Assembly (NCBI GenBank): GCA_044892525.1
Contig: CM097885.1
Span: 33,420,001-33,484,000 of the forward strand
Length of the DNA: 64,000 nucleotides
Direction: 5' to 3'
Origin: Schmidtea polychroa
Taxonomy: Eukaryota
This document shows, piece by piece, positions 10,238 to 24,818 of the stretch. How positions within the stretch are numbered: position 1 is the first letter of the stretch; each line of letters begins with the position of its first letter. Below the pieces are notes generated by a model. The model saw only the letters and a list, made by a program, of their open reading frames with translations. It ran no database searches and was not told the origin of the DNA. The position numbers and the translations under genes are program-made.

Positions 10238-13200
10238 GTAAATACTTTTACTACAAGAACATAATGATAAAAAGTAATTAAAATTATAAACTGTATTTTT
10301 ATTAGTTTTTATATTTTTTAATGTTTAATGTAATATATGCACTTTTTATATACTAATATGTAAGGATTCTCTTCATACTCAAAGCTTATATCCCAAAGTA
10401 CCATTTTACTAATCAAAAATTTCAAAAATTTAAATTTAAAATTTAAAATTAAAAAAATTAAAAAGTTATAATCATATTTCTAAAAAATGGGTATTTTGAA
10501 TCAAAAATCTTAAAATCCACACCATAACCCTTTACTCAAATTAATTTAATTCTCAACCCTTTCATTAATTTTTCATATTTAAAAACTTTAAATGGTAAAC
10601 AGCCGCTGGAAAGACTTAAAATGACCAGTCGTCACAAAATAAAGTAAAATGATTGGAAAAACTAAAAATGGTCATAAATTGTTTGTAGTCACATAAAAGT
10701 ATTAAAGTGTTCATCATGCAGTATAAAATGACAAGAGTGGTCGGGAGTATTAAAAAGGGGTTATCTCTCAAATAAAATAGAAAAATTGAAAAAATGATAA
10801 AAAGGACAAATTAATTTTTATTTTCTGAAATTTATTTTACAATATTTCAGTAATATCAGTTTGAGTTGGTTTGCTTTCTGCTTTTACGAGCTGAATATCC
10901 TCTCGAACAAAAAAAATGTTATCATTAAAATCAACTTGCTTGAGTTGCCAAAGAAACAAATAAAAAGATTTACAAAAACAAATAATTTATACAATGTTTT
11001 CTTTTTCATTTAAATTGTTCTGATTTCAAATTAACAACTTCTTTTCTGTTACAAGGCGCGGATTCTATATAATTTATCTAAATAATTTTATTATATAGTT
11101 GATGCGAGTTCCCAAGGCATCCACTTCTTAAACGACAGAAAAGTTTACTTTTAGTAAGCTTATTCGGAGTGATTCATCTGTCGCTATGATATGATTTAGT
11201 GGTCGGCAAACATTTTTAAGCCGAGACACAATTTATTTTTTCACAATTTAAAGAGGTATCAAAAACATTTATTTAAATTCATTTTTAAAAGGTTAAAAAA
11301 ATATGAAATGACAGAAAACATAAGACTAAAATCGTATTACTCTTTATGTAAGGTTGAAAATCAAAGCGATGTATGTAGCTAAATAGTGGAGAGGCGAACC
11401 CTGAACCCCTGATCAATGTCAATTAACCTTGCACGTTTAATCGATTCAATGCTTGATAGTATAGTTGACTGTACAAACTCTTACATAGAAAATGAAACAT
11501 CTAATCAAACAAAATCTCAAAAAATGATATGATAACATTCATTGGAGCATGTTAGTTTATTGGACTATTTAAAGGTAAAAACATGGTTATCGGTAGATTT
11601 TGATTTTTAAAGTATGGTAAAACTATAATTTCAAAATTGATCTGAATTAATCACTTGTGTTGGTAATTAATTAATATATGTTCATGGCGAACCAGTCAAA
11701 AGCAATCCCTAACGAGTTCGCATGTTATTTTAACTTGTATGAGTAAGTCATGAACTACAATATATAACTTTTTGATGGAATAGCCAGCTTAGCAAAGTTC
11801 GCACGACATCCTATTCACGTCATTCTAATGTATTTTATTAAAATAAATTACATTCTGTCAATAATTGCTATTAATTTAATTATTCCAAAAATAAAGGAAC
11901 CGAAAGGATTGTATGTATATGCCATCCATTTGGATTAAACCAAATATTTAAGTCATTTGTTTGATTTAAAAATCCTTTTACTTTTATTAATTTTCTTTAA
12001 AATTTAATATAAATATTAAAAAAAAATTTAAGTTATAATTTCAGGAAAAATATACTCAAAATATATTCAATTCAAATATTGAATAATAATTAATAATTAT
12101 GTTGTATTAATGAAATATTTTTTATTATGAAATATAAATCAATTTTGGAAATATTTTATAAAATCCTTTTAAATCATTTATTAAAGATAACATTTTAACA
12201 AATAAAAGTAAAATTTCTATTAATAATTCTGACAATTAAAAAAACTTGTTCTATTTAATTTAATTTTAATTTGTTTAATTCTTATACATGAATTAAAACA
12301 TGAATTAATCGCAAATAACTACATTGAATTTCAATGAATTTTTTTTTTGATTGACAAATTAATAATTAAATTAAAATTTATTGAATCATTTTTTTAATTT
12401 TAAAATGTCAAGAGATTTTGCTTAAAATGCAATATATTATAAAACTCTTTAAAACAAAAAAATAAAATTGATAAAATTACTGATATTGTGTCCATTATTT
12501 GCATTCGAAAGTTCACGACATTTGGTTAAACATAATTTATTATTTTTATCATTTAAATAAGAAAATATGAAAATATTTTTCGTTTTCAAAGATTTTATTA
12601 AATTTCTTTGATTGCTGTATATATGTTTCATTTTTCAGTAATATCATGTAGCTGTCAATTTCATGGAACATTTGTAATTTTTTTAATTATTTCAATGATA
12701 AAACGCCCAGTAGTAAAGAAAATGATTCCTGATCGCCATTCAATAATTTACATTCTATCTGTTGACATTTTATTATAACGCATAGTTTTACATTTAGCAG
12801 GCGTAAATGTTGTAAATAATATTGAAGCAGACATTTCTAGTTGCAATGCAAGCCCAAAATGAATACTTTCTTCACTCTTTTGAACATTTTATTTACTTTG
12901 AACAACCTTTGTTAGGTAATATTTTTAAATAATTTTCATAAATTACTATAACATATACTAAAATGTACTAAAATGTATAATAAAATGTATTACTAAAATT
13001 ATATCCTCTGCTTTTAGTGATCAATAAAAATGAATTTTGATTGTAATAAAATTACGAATCTTGTTGAATAATTAATTAATTAACATTTTGTTTAATTAAA
13101 TTAGATATAGGACAATGGCTACAATTAATATTTCGAGAATTAATTAAAATCAAAAGAACCCGATTTTAGTAACTGCTTTTATAATTCTGTCTAATAAACT

Positions 13201-13259
13201 CCTATTTCAAAAATGGTTTAATTTACTTTAAATAATTTACTTTAATCTAAATGTATATA

Positions 13260-13608
13260 TCGTATTTTTCGAACCATAAGGCGCACTTAAAATCCTTTCT
13301 TTTTCTCAAAAATCGTCAGTGCGCCTAATGTATGGTTGTGCTTTCTGGCCTTTTGACCTATAACCGATTTTACACATAAATCCGAAAAATAAAAGTTTCT
13401 ATAATCTTAAAAAAAATCGATAAAATTATAGTATAGGAACACACAAACTTATCTGTGTGTAAAAATTTAATGTTCTGAAAGTTAAAAGTTTTTATATAGG
13501 AATTGAGAAAGTGACAGAAAAATAATTTAATGTGTGCACCTTATGTGTGAAAATAAAACCGTTAGCATCTGATCAATGATATTGCGCCTTATGGTCCGAA
13601 AAATAGGG
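13260..13608. mobile_element. Tc1/mariner-pogo-type MITE
   Basis: TIRs (T)CGTATTTTTCGAACCATAAGGCGCA and TGCGCCTTATGGTCCGAAAAATAGGG, flanked by TA on both sides; no ORF. Confidence 0.8.
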
Positions 13609-14054
13609 TATTTCAATAATTGCTGATACACAGCAGGAGTACTTTACCTTACATATTTCATTCTTACATATTTCATTACATAAAAGTGAATTTATTGTTC
13701 ACACTTCACACCTAAATTCAAAATAAATACCAGTCAAAACACAGTTAACGAATATTATTTTATTTTAGTGATTATTATTTAGTAGTGATTTTTATTTTAG
13801 TAAAGCATTTTCTTTTCTTATATGTTTGTTTAAATTTATTCAATAATAAAAAAAGGAAATATTTTGAAAATTTTAATTTTAATTTTTTTTAAATATACTT
13901 ACAATAAAATAAATAATGTTTTCTTTAAATTTTAATAAAATTATTCTTTCTTTGACGCATACTTCATTTTATAGGCACACCTCATTTGTTAAAAAAGCCC
14001 TGTTATGTAAGTAAGTTAAATATTTGGTAAAAGATTTCAGTTTATTGAATTTTC

Positions 14055-14112
14055 ATTGTATTTATTAAAAAAACTTGACTGGTTCATAGTCAAGTTTTTC
14101 AATAAATACAAT
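14055..14112. repeat. Short palindrome (remnant of a foldback repeat)
   Basis: ATTGTATTTATT-AAAAAACTTGACT ggttcat AGTCAAGTTTTT-AATAAATACAAT; a related half-copy lies near 32168-32195. Confidence 0.7.
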
Positions 14113-16942
14113 TTCAATTGAAAAGAAATCAGTGGTGAAAATTGAAAAAAGTTCTTATGATATTATTGAATTTTTGCTTTTATGAAATGTTTTCGATGTG
14201 TGTTTTGTGGTTTTAAATTTATGAGAGACAAATCCACCAATTTTAAATAATTCAATTAGATCATAAAATTGATCTTGAACGTCAAGAAAACCTGTTACTG
14301 AACATTTAACTAATTGGACATTTTTTTTCATCACATAACCAATTTAGTTTCGATATTAGTATTGTGACAAAGTGACTCTTTCCAATATAATGACAAATTT
14401 TTATTTAAAAGTTAAAACTTTTTATTTCATTTCTTTTTAAATTGAAATAATGAATTCATAAAAATCTTATAATCAAATTTTCTAAATTAAAAATTATTTT
14501 CTCCAAAAATCCTATCAAAATAAAAAAAAATATTTAAGCAAATTATATTAAAAGAAATATAATTCACACAAATATCTATTTTACATATATTACCCTTTTC
14601 ATCACTCAAAGTCTTGAAATATTAACTTACCCCAAGACACGTGAAATTCACTTATATTTGAATTTTCGGTAAATGCTCCCTTTCTATGTTCCAACATTTT
14701 AATGACTTTTGTTTTATTGCTTCGATTTAAGATGGCATTAACGAGTTCATTAGCTAGAAATCATCTATTATTTGGTGTTAATTTTAATTAATGTTCTGTA
14801 GATCAGTCACCGATGAAATGTTTTATTAATCCATAAACACGCACAAATTGTGAAGCCAAATTCTTTTTAAATGGTCCGCAAATTTCAGATTTTTTAGTTA
14901 GTTGTCCGCGAAGAAACATGTTTAAGAACCGCTGCTATAGATGATGGCTTGTTTTCGACAAAAAATAATTGAGTAGATTACTTTATATTTGACTTTCATA
15001 ATTGAAGGTAATAATTGGAAACATTCATTTTTACATATTCTTTTAATCTTTTAAATGTTCATCAATTAAAATTAATTTATACATGCGATATGTTGACTTT
15101 GTTTTATTTATATGAACTGAAAAAAAATAATTGTAATAATTTATGTTTATTGCATTCAATGTTTTTGTTGCAAATTGTGCATTGATATTTTTATGTAGAT
15201 TTTGTGATATTTTATAACCGGTCATTTTTATTAATACAAATGGAAAAATATATTTTAACAAATTTAAGTTTTGCTTTATTCTAAAAGGATATTTACACAT
15301 GACAAACATAATATATGAAATATGGAGCATATGTTATTTTATTGTATAAATTAGACTTGAAAATTATTGTTATTTTTTAGATGGTAAAATTATATTCCAT
15401 CATTAATTTTATTAGAAGGACAACAATTCATTTTGTATTAGGAGAGTTATTATTATTTTCTTACTCCTGAAATCCCAATTGGGAATTATTTACTATAACT
15501 AAATTCCCTATATTAAAGAAATAGGTATTTTCTTTCAATGTTTATTTCAAATGAGCCGGCACATTCTTTTCATTTGTTATTTAGGCGATAGAGAATAAAA
15601 TTTAAGAATTTCTTTATTTTTTGTGGTACTCATTTTCTAATTAATGTCAAGTATATTTTGGATCAAATCGAACTTTTAGTAAAATTGTCTAATTTTAAAA
15701 TACAGAATGTGTATTTTTTGCAACTGACTTATTCTTGCTCAAAATTTGAGTCTTGACATTATTTGCTTTAGGAATAAATTTGAAATAAATACACTTCCTG
15801 TTTTACTTTTTTCCTAAAATTTATTGAAAAAACAAATAATAAATTTAACAATTATCATTAAAATCATTAATTCTTTTGGTCCCCTTTGATATGTTTTATT
15901 TTGATATTTCATTTATTTCTTTTTTTAATTAAAATAAATTATTATTAAAAGGAATTGAATTAAAATATAAAACAAAAATTAGAAATTAAAAATCTATATT
16001 TAGACAAAAATGATAGGTTTATAAATTAATAAAGATAGAGTTAACAATTTCTGGTGCACAGGAAAGTAATATTTGATGTTTTCCAAATTATATATTTAAT
16101 AAAATGAAAATATTTTCGACTATAAAAATAATCCTTATCAATAGTTTTTTCATTTTATTAAATATACATTTTGCAACAAAAGGTTTGTATTATCATTTAC
16201 TTGTTTAACATTTATTTAATCCTGCTAGAGAATCATCACTTGTTAATAAATTAAATATTAAAATTACCAATTATCAGTTTAAAAATTATTATTTTATATC
16301 AAATAAATTTATTTAATAAATAGTCTTATTTAATTCATTTCTAATTCAGCAAATAAATAATTACAATTAAACTAAATAAATTTTCTCTATTTTAATTTTG
16401 CTTTTTTATGATAACCAAATTATTTTATGTTGACTCGTTTAACAATTAATATTCCTTAAAATGTCAATTATACTTTCAGTTTTAGCAAATGTAATCTCAT
16501 TATATTTTGTATAATTGAAGAAATTTTATTTTCCTAGGTTTTATAATTAGATATTTTAACAAATTAAAATTGCTTTTATTTTCAAAAAATTTAAAACGAT
16601 AATAATTTTTCAACTTTATTCTACAACAAGGCAAGAAGTCGTTTTGTTACTTCTAAATTAGAGATTTCCTGTCATATTTCAATGAGAAACGCTCCATGAT
16701 ATATGTGAACAGCTTTCTAAGTTTACAATTGAGTTGCAGATGTTTTACTATCACTGTTAAATGATTTTCTAAATCATATTAATATTTATTAAAGATATAA
16801 TTTGTTTGCATTGTTTTGCAAAAATAAAGTTTGGTATCTCTAAATTGCAATTTTTTATAACTTGTGGAGATTTAATTTATATTAGGTTGATGTGTAATTA
16901 AGTTCTGTTTAAACAATATAATAATAATAATAATAATTTTAA

Positions 16943-17095
16943 ACAATAAAGTGATAATTTAAGCCTTTTGCTGCGAATAATGTATTTAATGAAAAATTTT
17001 CGACTAAAAGTAGATTGACAAGGACTATCTTATAGTCAAAGATTTTTTCATTTTATACATTATTCGCAGAAAAAGGCTTAAATTATCATTTTATT

Positions 17096-17097
<2 letters not shown>
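16943..17097. mobile_element. Palindromic MITE-like repeat (family with several copies in the window)
   Basis: ACAATAAAGTGATAATTTAAGCCTTTTGCTGCGAATAATGTAT is mirrored at the other end. Related copies lie at 20673-20797, ~18820-18930, ~16065-16155 and ~35295-35380. Confidence 0.8.
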
Positions 17098-17176
<79 letters not shown>

Positions 17177-17192
17177 TTAATAATAATAATAA
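17098..17192. repeat. (AAT)n microsatellite
   Basis: Direct inspection. Confidence 0.95.
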
Positions 17193-20100
17193 TGTAATTT
17201 TAATTTGTTTAGATATTTAAATTTAATAATCATCGAAATTATTATTTCTTCATAATTTTGATTTATAATATATTAGTTTATTTTCGACATCACTATTCTA
17301 CAATTTCTGATTATTTGGGTCGAATAACGAGTAGAATATTTTATATATTATTTCTTTATTTTCTTTTTTTTGATGTCCTTAAAATGACAATGTTTCGTTG
17401 ATTTCAATGTTACTTTTAATACTAATTTATCATATTCACAATTATGTCAATCAAAGTATTTACGTTCAATTTATTATTTATCTTTTTTGCGTTTAATATT
17501 TACAGCATTTTATGACTTAATAAAAATAAAGATATGTTATCAGTTGATATAAATTAATTTTTAGTTTTTGCATATAAAATGGAATTATTTTGTATAGTAA
17601 ATGAGAAAATAATATAAATAATATTATTATTTTATTTTTATTTAAATAACTAAATTTCTATTACTTTGCAATCCCTTGAAAAGACTGTTAAAATTATATA
17701 AAATTAAATTGATAATAATAAAAATAATCATAATAATAATAATACTATGAAGGGTGAAGGATTTTATTGATAACATTATTTTATTTGTTTTTATCATTAT
17801 AACAACATTAAAATCAAATATTAATGATTTTTTAAAGATTTGGAAAAAATTGGAATAAATTGTTTTATTTTTTTATTTATCATTTTGTTATTTATTATAA
17901 AAATTAAAATTTTGTCAAAATAGTCAATTTTATTTAAAATATGGTCCATAAATTTTATTTTTATTTAATTTAAAATTATTTGTAACTATGTTACAAAAAT
18001 AGAACATAAAAAATTAAGAAAAAAAGGTTTTATTTTTCCATTTGCAGACGACAAAACAATTATAAATGTTACAATTATTTTTAATAATTTATTATAATAC
18101 ACGTAGTACTAAAATAATTGATAATAATCTTTCACGTCAAGTTAAGAAGAAATTATTTGTTTTCATCAATTGAAGTGGTTATATTGGGCGCTTTAGTTGT
18201 TAGCGGTACATCAAAAACTTTAAAACTTATTTAGATTAAATTATAAATAAATGTTGACTTCCAAAACAAAAACTAAATAGATAAATTTATTAAATATATA
18301 TTCATATTTATATTGAATAGTTTTCTATACCGCTAACAGTTTGTATGAAATTTGTTTAAATTCATATTATTTTTCTCATTTTTTTTCCTTTATTATTTTC
18401 GGTCCGATAATTGGAAAATTGGGCTCCACTGTTATTTTTTTAAATTCATGTTTATTATTAAATCATCAGCTGTTTCGTGAAAAAAAATCATTCTGGGAAC
18501 TTGAACATTTATTTTTAATCTAATAAACTTTTATCATTTAAGTCAATCTTTACTGAAGACTTAGAACCTTTTGGGACAAAATGCCTCACGGATACATATT
18601 ATATTATCACAATTGAATATAAGTATCAAATCTGTTAAATTAATTTTTTAAAATTTTTTTAAAATTTTTTTTAAATTTTTTTTAAAATTTTTTTTCTGTA
18701 ATCATACATCATCACATTCATTTATTAGTTTATAGTTATTTTTTGACAATTGATAAAATATGTTGAATATTAAAATGAAAATATGAAGTGGTGATTTCTT
18801 GGTAGCAGGATTAATTAAATGTTAAGCCTTTTACTGCAAAGTCTGAATTCTTGATAACATTATACTCGAAAGATTTTTCATTTTTTAAATATAAACTTTG
18901 CAGCAAGAGATTTATAGTATCATTTACTTGTTTAACGTTTAAATAAAAATATTTTTTAAAATTCATGTGAAATATGAAAAAAAATCGATTGTTAGTCTAA
19001 CATGAAATTCTGCATTTTCATAGATAACGCCTTATAAGTTCTCACTGAATGGAAAATCTATAATTTATTTTAAGTTTAAACCAAAAATTGTGCTTTTCTT
19101 TTGATTTAGCCTTTTGTTTAATTGCTTTAAACTAATCAGGTTATAATTTATTGTTAAAGAGAAGATATTTTGAAACTAAAATTTATCTAATATATTGGGT
19201 TAAATTTAAGAAAATCAAATTTTCAAAGTGGTTATTGTTGAATTATATAATGGTTCATTTGAGTTTAATTGGACTAATGAATGATAGTGTATATAATAAA
19301 TTGTTTACAACAATAAAAAAGTTAAAAATGCAAAAAAACAAAAATAAATGTTTCTCAGAGGAAAACTATAAACGGGTTGCTATTGATATAAAAAATACGA
19401 ATTTGATAATATAAATTGATAAGAGGTCCCTAAGTGAAGTTATTTATAAAACTTACAAATCAATTAAGCGAATGAGTTCCAAAATGAAAGGAAAGCTTGA
19501 AGGTCATCTTGGTTGCGTATAAAAATACAATTAATTTTATTCAAAATATTTACATAAAATATTTGATTTAATTTTTTTTAAATAAATAAAATATTTTGTT
19601 ATTCAATCTAAATATATTAAAGTCGTTTTATTTACGTATATTTAATTTCAAAGAAATGATAAATATTTAATGTCAAGGAGAAAATTGTGACGCGGAAATT
19701 TCGAAAATAGACATCGATTGAAATTTTATAATTCAATCTTTTTCATTTCCTTATAATTGATAAATTCAAATAAATTTTCAATTTGTCAAACATTTTATTG
19801 GGTGTGGCACTAGAATATATATATATATATACAGAGGAAATGGTATAAAACACATAAATAATGAAATGTAGCAAAATTTAAAAATATATAAAGTGCAAAA
19901 TTAGTAAAAAATGAAAAGGTAAATCATCCATAAGGTGTCTTTGGTAATGTTATTTAAAAAATACAAATTATTTAACTAATTATATAAAATGCATTTGTCA
20001 CGATTGATAGAAATCTATCAAGTTCTCTTAAAATTCTTTTATGTTTGAAGAAATATTCCGTCGGTTTGATGGCCAAGGTTGACAGTATTAAGGAATATTG

Positions 20101-20450
20101 CTAGTGAGACTATTTGCTAGATCAGATTCGTATTAGTTAAAGTGAGGCGGTTTTCTATTGGGTAATCTGCTTTATAAAAAAGAGATTAAGAATTGTATTA
20201 TCATTATGAATTTATACATGTGATTATTGTGTTGACAAATAAATTTATTATCCTGGGTATTTTCACATTTAAATATAAAGTACACATCTAGTTACAAAAC
20301 ATGTATTAAATATTATTAAAATCTTTTCAAAATAACCAAGTAATAGCGATTTTTTATTTTTGTTTTTTAAATTTTTATTAAACTGTGGATCCATAGTTCC
20401 AATAAATTATCATATAATGTAAATTTGTAGAAATTCTTAATCAAGTCTCG

Positions 20451-20625
20451 AATATAAATTAATACAAATTAATGCAAATTAATACAAATTAATACAAATT
20501 AATACAAATTAATACAAATTAATACAAATTAATACAAATTAATACAAATTAATACAAATTAATACAAATTAATACAAATTAATATAAATTAATATAAATT
20601 AATACAAATTAATATAAATTAATAT
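20451..20625. repeat. 10-bp minisatellite (AATACAAATT)n
   Basis: About 17 tandem units of AATAYAAATT. Confidence 0.95.
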
Positions 20626-20672
20626 ACCATTAATATACAATTATATTAATACTATTTTTAATTATATTTATT

Positions 20673-20797
20673 ACAATAAAGTGATAATTTAAGCCTTCTG
20701 CTGCGAATAATGTATTTAATAAAAATATTTTCAGCTATAAGATGATTGTCCTTGTCAATCTCCAGGAGATTGACAAGGACTATCTTATAGTCGAAAA
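20673..20797. mobile_element. Truncated copy of the palindromic MITE family that retains the hairpin centre
   Basis: Same left arm as 16943; centre GTCCTTGTCAATCTCC-A-GGAGATTGACAAGGAC. Confidence 0.75.
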
Positions 20798-22785
20798 TAA
20801 TAAATGCTGATACCAAGAAATCATCACTTTTTACTATTATATTTATTATAATATTAAATTATTATTTCTAAGGAAAAAATAGAAACATTTCATATAACAA
20901 TAACTCATGGTTTAAATAATTAATTATTGTTTCATTGAAAATATTTTGAATGTGAATATCATTAAAAATTCAAAAAAAAATAATTCATTTATCTCAAATT
21001 TAATTTTCTTTGTTATAAATCAACGTAAATTGGAAATAAATATTCATTTTTAATTTTTCATCTAATATTATGATAATTATAATAATAATAAGAATAATTG
21101 TAATAATAAATGAGGACAATAGAATTTAATTAATAAATAAACAGATAAAAATATCGAGAGTCATAAGAGGAATTATAAAATTGAAAACAATAATTTTTTA
21201 GAAATATGAGCTAGAAAGTGTAAAAGAAATTATAAAAAATAAAATAATAAATTAACGGAAAGTATAATGGAATAGAAAGTAGGTTGAAAACAATACAAAA
21301 GACGAATATCGTGGCCTCTCAAGTTAATTTTGATGAAGATGAAAACTGTGATAAATCCAAAATATTTATTTCCCAAATTAAATATTCAAATTTCTATAGA
21401 ATTTGTATAATTATGAAGTGGAAAATAAGAATAGACTCTTAGAGACAATTTAAAATCATAGTAGCACTTAAAAGAGAAACAAGTGACAACAAAAATGAAT
21501 ATAATAATTATATAATTATTAACAATATGAAAAGTCGGGAAAAGAAGGTTAATTATAAAGTCAAAAAAGTCAATTATATATAAGTTTCACTTAAATTCAT
21601 CTCTCTAGTGATAAATATTTCCACATTTAGTCTTAATAACATCAAATTTTAAACCAATATTGTAATAATTGTGCATTGAGTATTATACAAAATGTCCATA
21701 AAGTTCATGTTTAAAATTAAAAATACTTGATGGCATTTCTGAAAATAAGCTCGAAAATATTTTCTTTTAGTACTAATAATACATGGTGGACATGTTGAAA
21801 ATTAATAAAAACAATAAAATATTTAAGTATTTCTTCTTTATTTTGCTTTTTACAGATTCTTTATATTGCATATGGTTAGTAAGTAGTTATTGGGGTGCTG
21901 CAGAAATTTTTTTGGTCAACGGTTACGGAACTGCTGCAGTGTGCCACACTTATTTTTTCTGGGATTTTCAAAACAAAAAGGTCCTATAGAAAAAATGCCA
22001 TGATATTTCTGACTATAGTGAAAGGGTCTCCTTGATCCTTGGATTTTCAATGCAAAAAAGGAGTCTTCAATAAGAAAGCATGGTAATTTATGGTCTTAGG
22101 ATATTTTCAATACAAAAAATAGGTCTTTAATAAAAAGCCATAATATTTCTGACTATAGTGAAGGGGTCTCGATTGATTCAAGGATTTTCAATACAAAATT
22201 CAAATTTCGATAAAAAAGCATGGGAATTCAAGGTCGCAGGATATTTTCTATACAAAATCCGACTATCACTAAAAAAACATGGATATTTCTAAATATTATT
22301 AAGGTGGGTCTCCTTGGTCCTGGAATTTCCAATACAAAATTCAATCTTCGATAAAAAGGCATGGTAAATTAATGAAAAATAGGTAAGTCAACATTTTTAA
22401 ATTAAATTATATTATGGTCTAAATTTGAAATTAAAGTAAATTATGGTCTCAAATAAGTAAATTAAGGTCAAAATTAAGTAAAGTAAATTAAGGTACAAAT
22501 TTTTAAATTAAAGTAAATTAAGGCAAATTTTATTAAGATAAATGGATAAATTAAGGTTAAATTTTTAAATTAAGTAATGAACGGTCTAAAATTTTAAATA
22601 AGTAAATTAAAGTTAAAAATTTTAATATTTTAATATTTTAAAATTAAAGTAAATTAATGTAATAAGTAAATTTCAGTAAGATTTTTAAATTTATTAACAA
22701 AAAGTTAAAAAAAAACCACTAGCTTTTGAGAAATAAAAGTTTTTATGAAATAATTTTTAAAGATAAATTTAAATGTTAATTTCAA

Positions 22786-22804
22786 TCATAATAATAATAA
22801 TAGC

Positions 22805-22890
<86 letters not shown>

Positions 22891-22925
22891 TAATAATAGT
22901 AATAATAATAGTAATATTAATAATA
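22786..22925. repeat. (AAT)n microsatellite inside the Polinton-like derivative
   Basis: Direct inspection. Confidence 0.93.
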
Positions 22926-23619
22926 ATTCTACAACCAGCTACAGTGATTTTCGAAATTTATTTTCCACTAATTATTATTACTTATTTGTTTATAAAATAT
23001 TTTTATTAAAGTGATAATATTTATGAAATAATTTTAAATAAATGCAATTAATATATATCCATTTTATTAATAACACTCCTCAGTATATTATCATTTACCT
23101 CCCGTAGTATCATTAATGAATAATTCTACCACTTATTTTCGCCATTTTGAATTTATTAATTAATTTATCATAGAGTAATGAATAATTTCCTCACTTTAAT
23201 GAAGATTCTTACCACCTGAGAATATTATTGTTAATTTGTATCTCTGTTTAAAGAATAATTATCATTCGATTTTACGCTGCTTAACATTTTAGAATAATAT
23301 TTTTATCAAAATTTGTGATAATTTGAATGATTCAATGATAAATTTGATGGAGTTAATTCGTTTTATTATATATACTCTAAGTTTAACCGACAGGGTGTTT
23401 TGTCCCCCTATGGCTACTGGTCGTAAGGATACTTGTCGTAAAGGTACTGGTATTCGGTTTTAATGATTTTATTTGAATGATTATTTGGGTATATTTGGTA
23501 TTTAAGGCATTCATTGATAATTTTTAGAGTTGATGGTTTTAGGATATATTTAATCTTGCATTTTTGTGTATTTCATGTTGATTGGAAGAATATTTAAAAA
23601 TTTTAGGTTTTAATGGCGA

Positions 23620-24818
23620 TGTTGTGTTATTGAGTTGGTGGTAAATTTAAATGTTACTCTAACTCGAAGCATGTCTTTACCTGATGCATAATAACACTTG
23701 ACAACAGAAATCTTTATTGATAATCACAAATAAACTTTCACTTTACACTGACAATCAATTCAACACTCTGCTTGGTGACTATACAATGCTTATTACAACA
23801 CTCGGTGAGGAATAGCACTTGCGTATAACACCAGATTAAAAGATCACAAATTACTGATTGGTTTATCAACTGGGACTTTAAGAAGGTTGTTTTCTTTGAC
23901 CTTCTTCACAATTTTTTAAAATAATCAAGTAACTTCCTTTCATTTAATTTTTCAACTAATTCTTTTATTCAAATTTTCTCCAACAATTGTTCTTCACAAT
24001 TATTTTCTTTAAAATTCTTTTTCACGATCGTTTCTCCAATTACGTTTCTTTCGACGTTGTCTAAATTTTCCCAATAATTTTATCTCTCAAATTATCTCTC
24101 AAAACCCACTCACAAATTGTCTCAATATTTGTTCCCACTTTTCCAAATTTTGTTCTCCTTTCGTGTCCACCAGTTTAACAGCGACATGTTCTGTTTACCA
24201 TTTTCTTTTTCCTCTACGCCAGCCTTATCTCTGACAGATATTTGACGATTGGATCTATTTTTTTAATGAAATGTATTTTGTATTTTAAATCCAGTATTAT
24301 TATGTCACTTTTATTCCCCATTATCAATTGTGGAAAGGCACATTTAATCCATTTTTGAATTATTATCTGAGTGCTCCAAAGTCTTTCAATTTTAATTATC
24401 ATTATTCCGTCAGACACCGTAATTAAATTTTTCTTTCCTTTTGTTACCATAAGAGGCACCACTTTTCACCATTTCATTTAATTGCAAATAAGATATTTTT
24501 CCATTTTCCTTTTTTGTTAAGTCGCCTTCTCCCGACATTTTCGCTATCTTTGACAAGCTGTCAAGATACGGATTTTTCCCTTATTTTGTTTTTCTGGAAT
24601 TTGAAATTCCACATTCATTTGTACCTCTTAATTAACAATGACCTTTGTTTTAATTTCTTGTTTGTTTCCTTTTATTTGATTTATCTTTCTCATTTTTAAT
24701 TTCTTTTTACTTTCGATTTCTTTTTTGAGTTCCCATAGACCGTCCCACTTGTCATGACGATCTTCCCCAAGTAATTTATTTATTTATTATGTTATTTTTC
24801 ATTTAGGTATCCTCAACC
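23620..24818. mobile_element. Solo-LTR-like insertion (TGTTG...CAACC) with 4-bp TSD GCGA
   Basis: GCGA at 23616-23619 and 24819-24822. It interrupts sequence that is continuous in the pPolB element (~1635-1680), and its 3' ~300 bp match 26925-27221. Confidence 0.68.
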
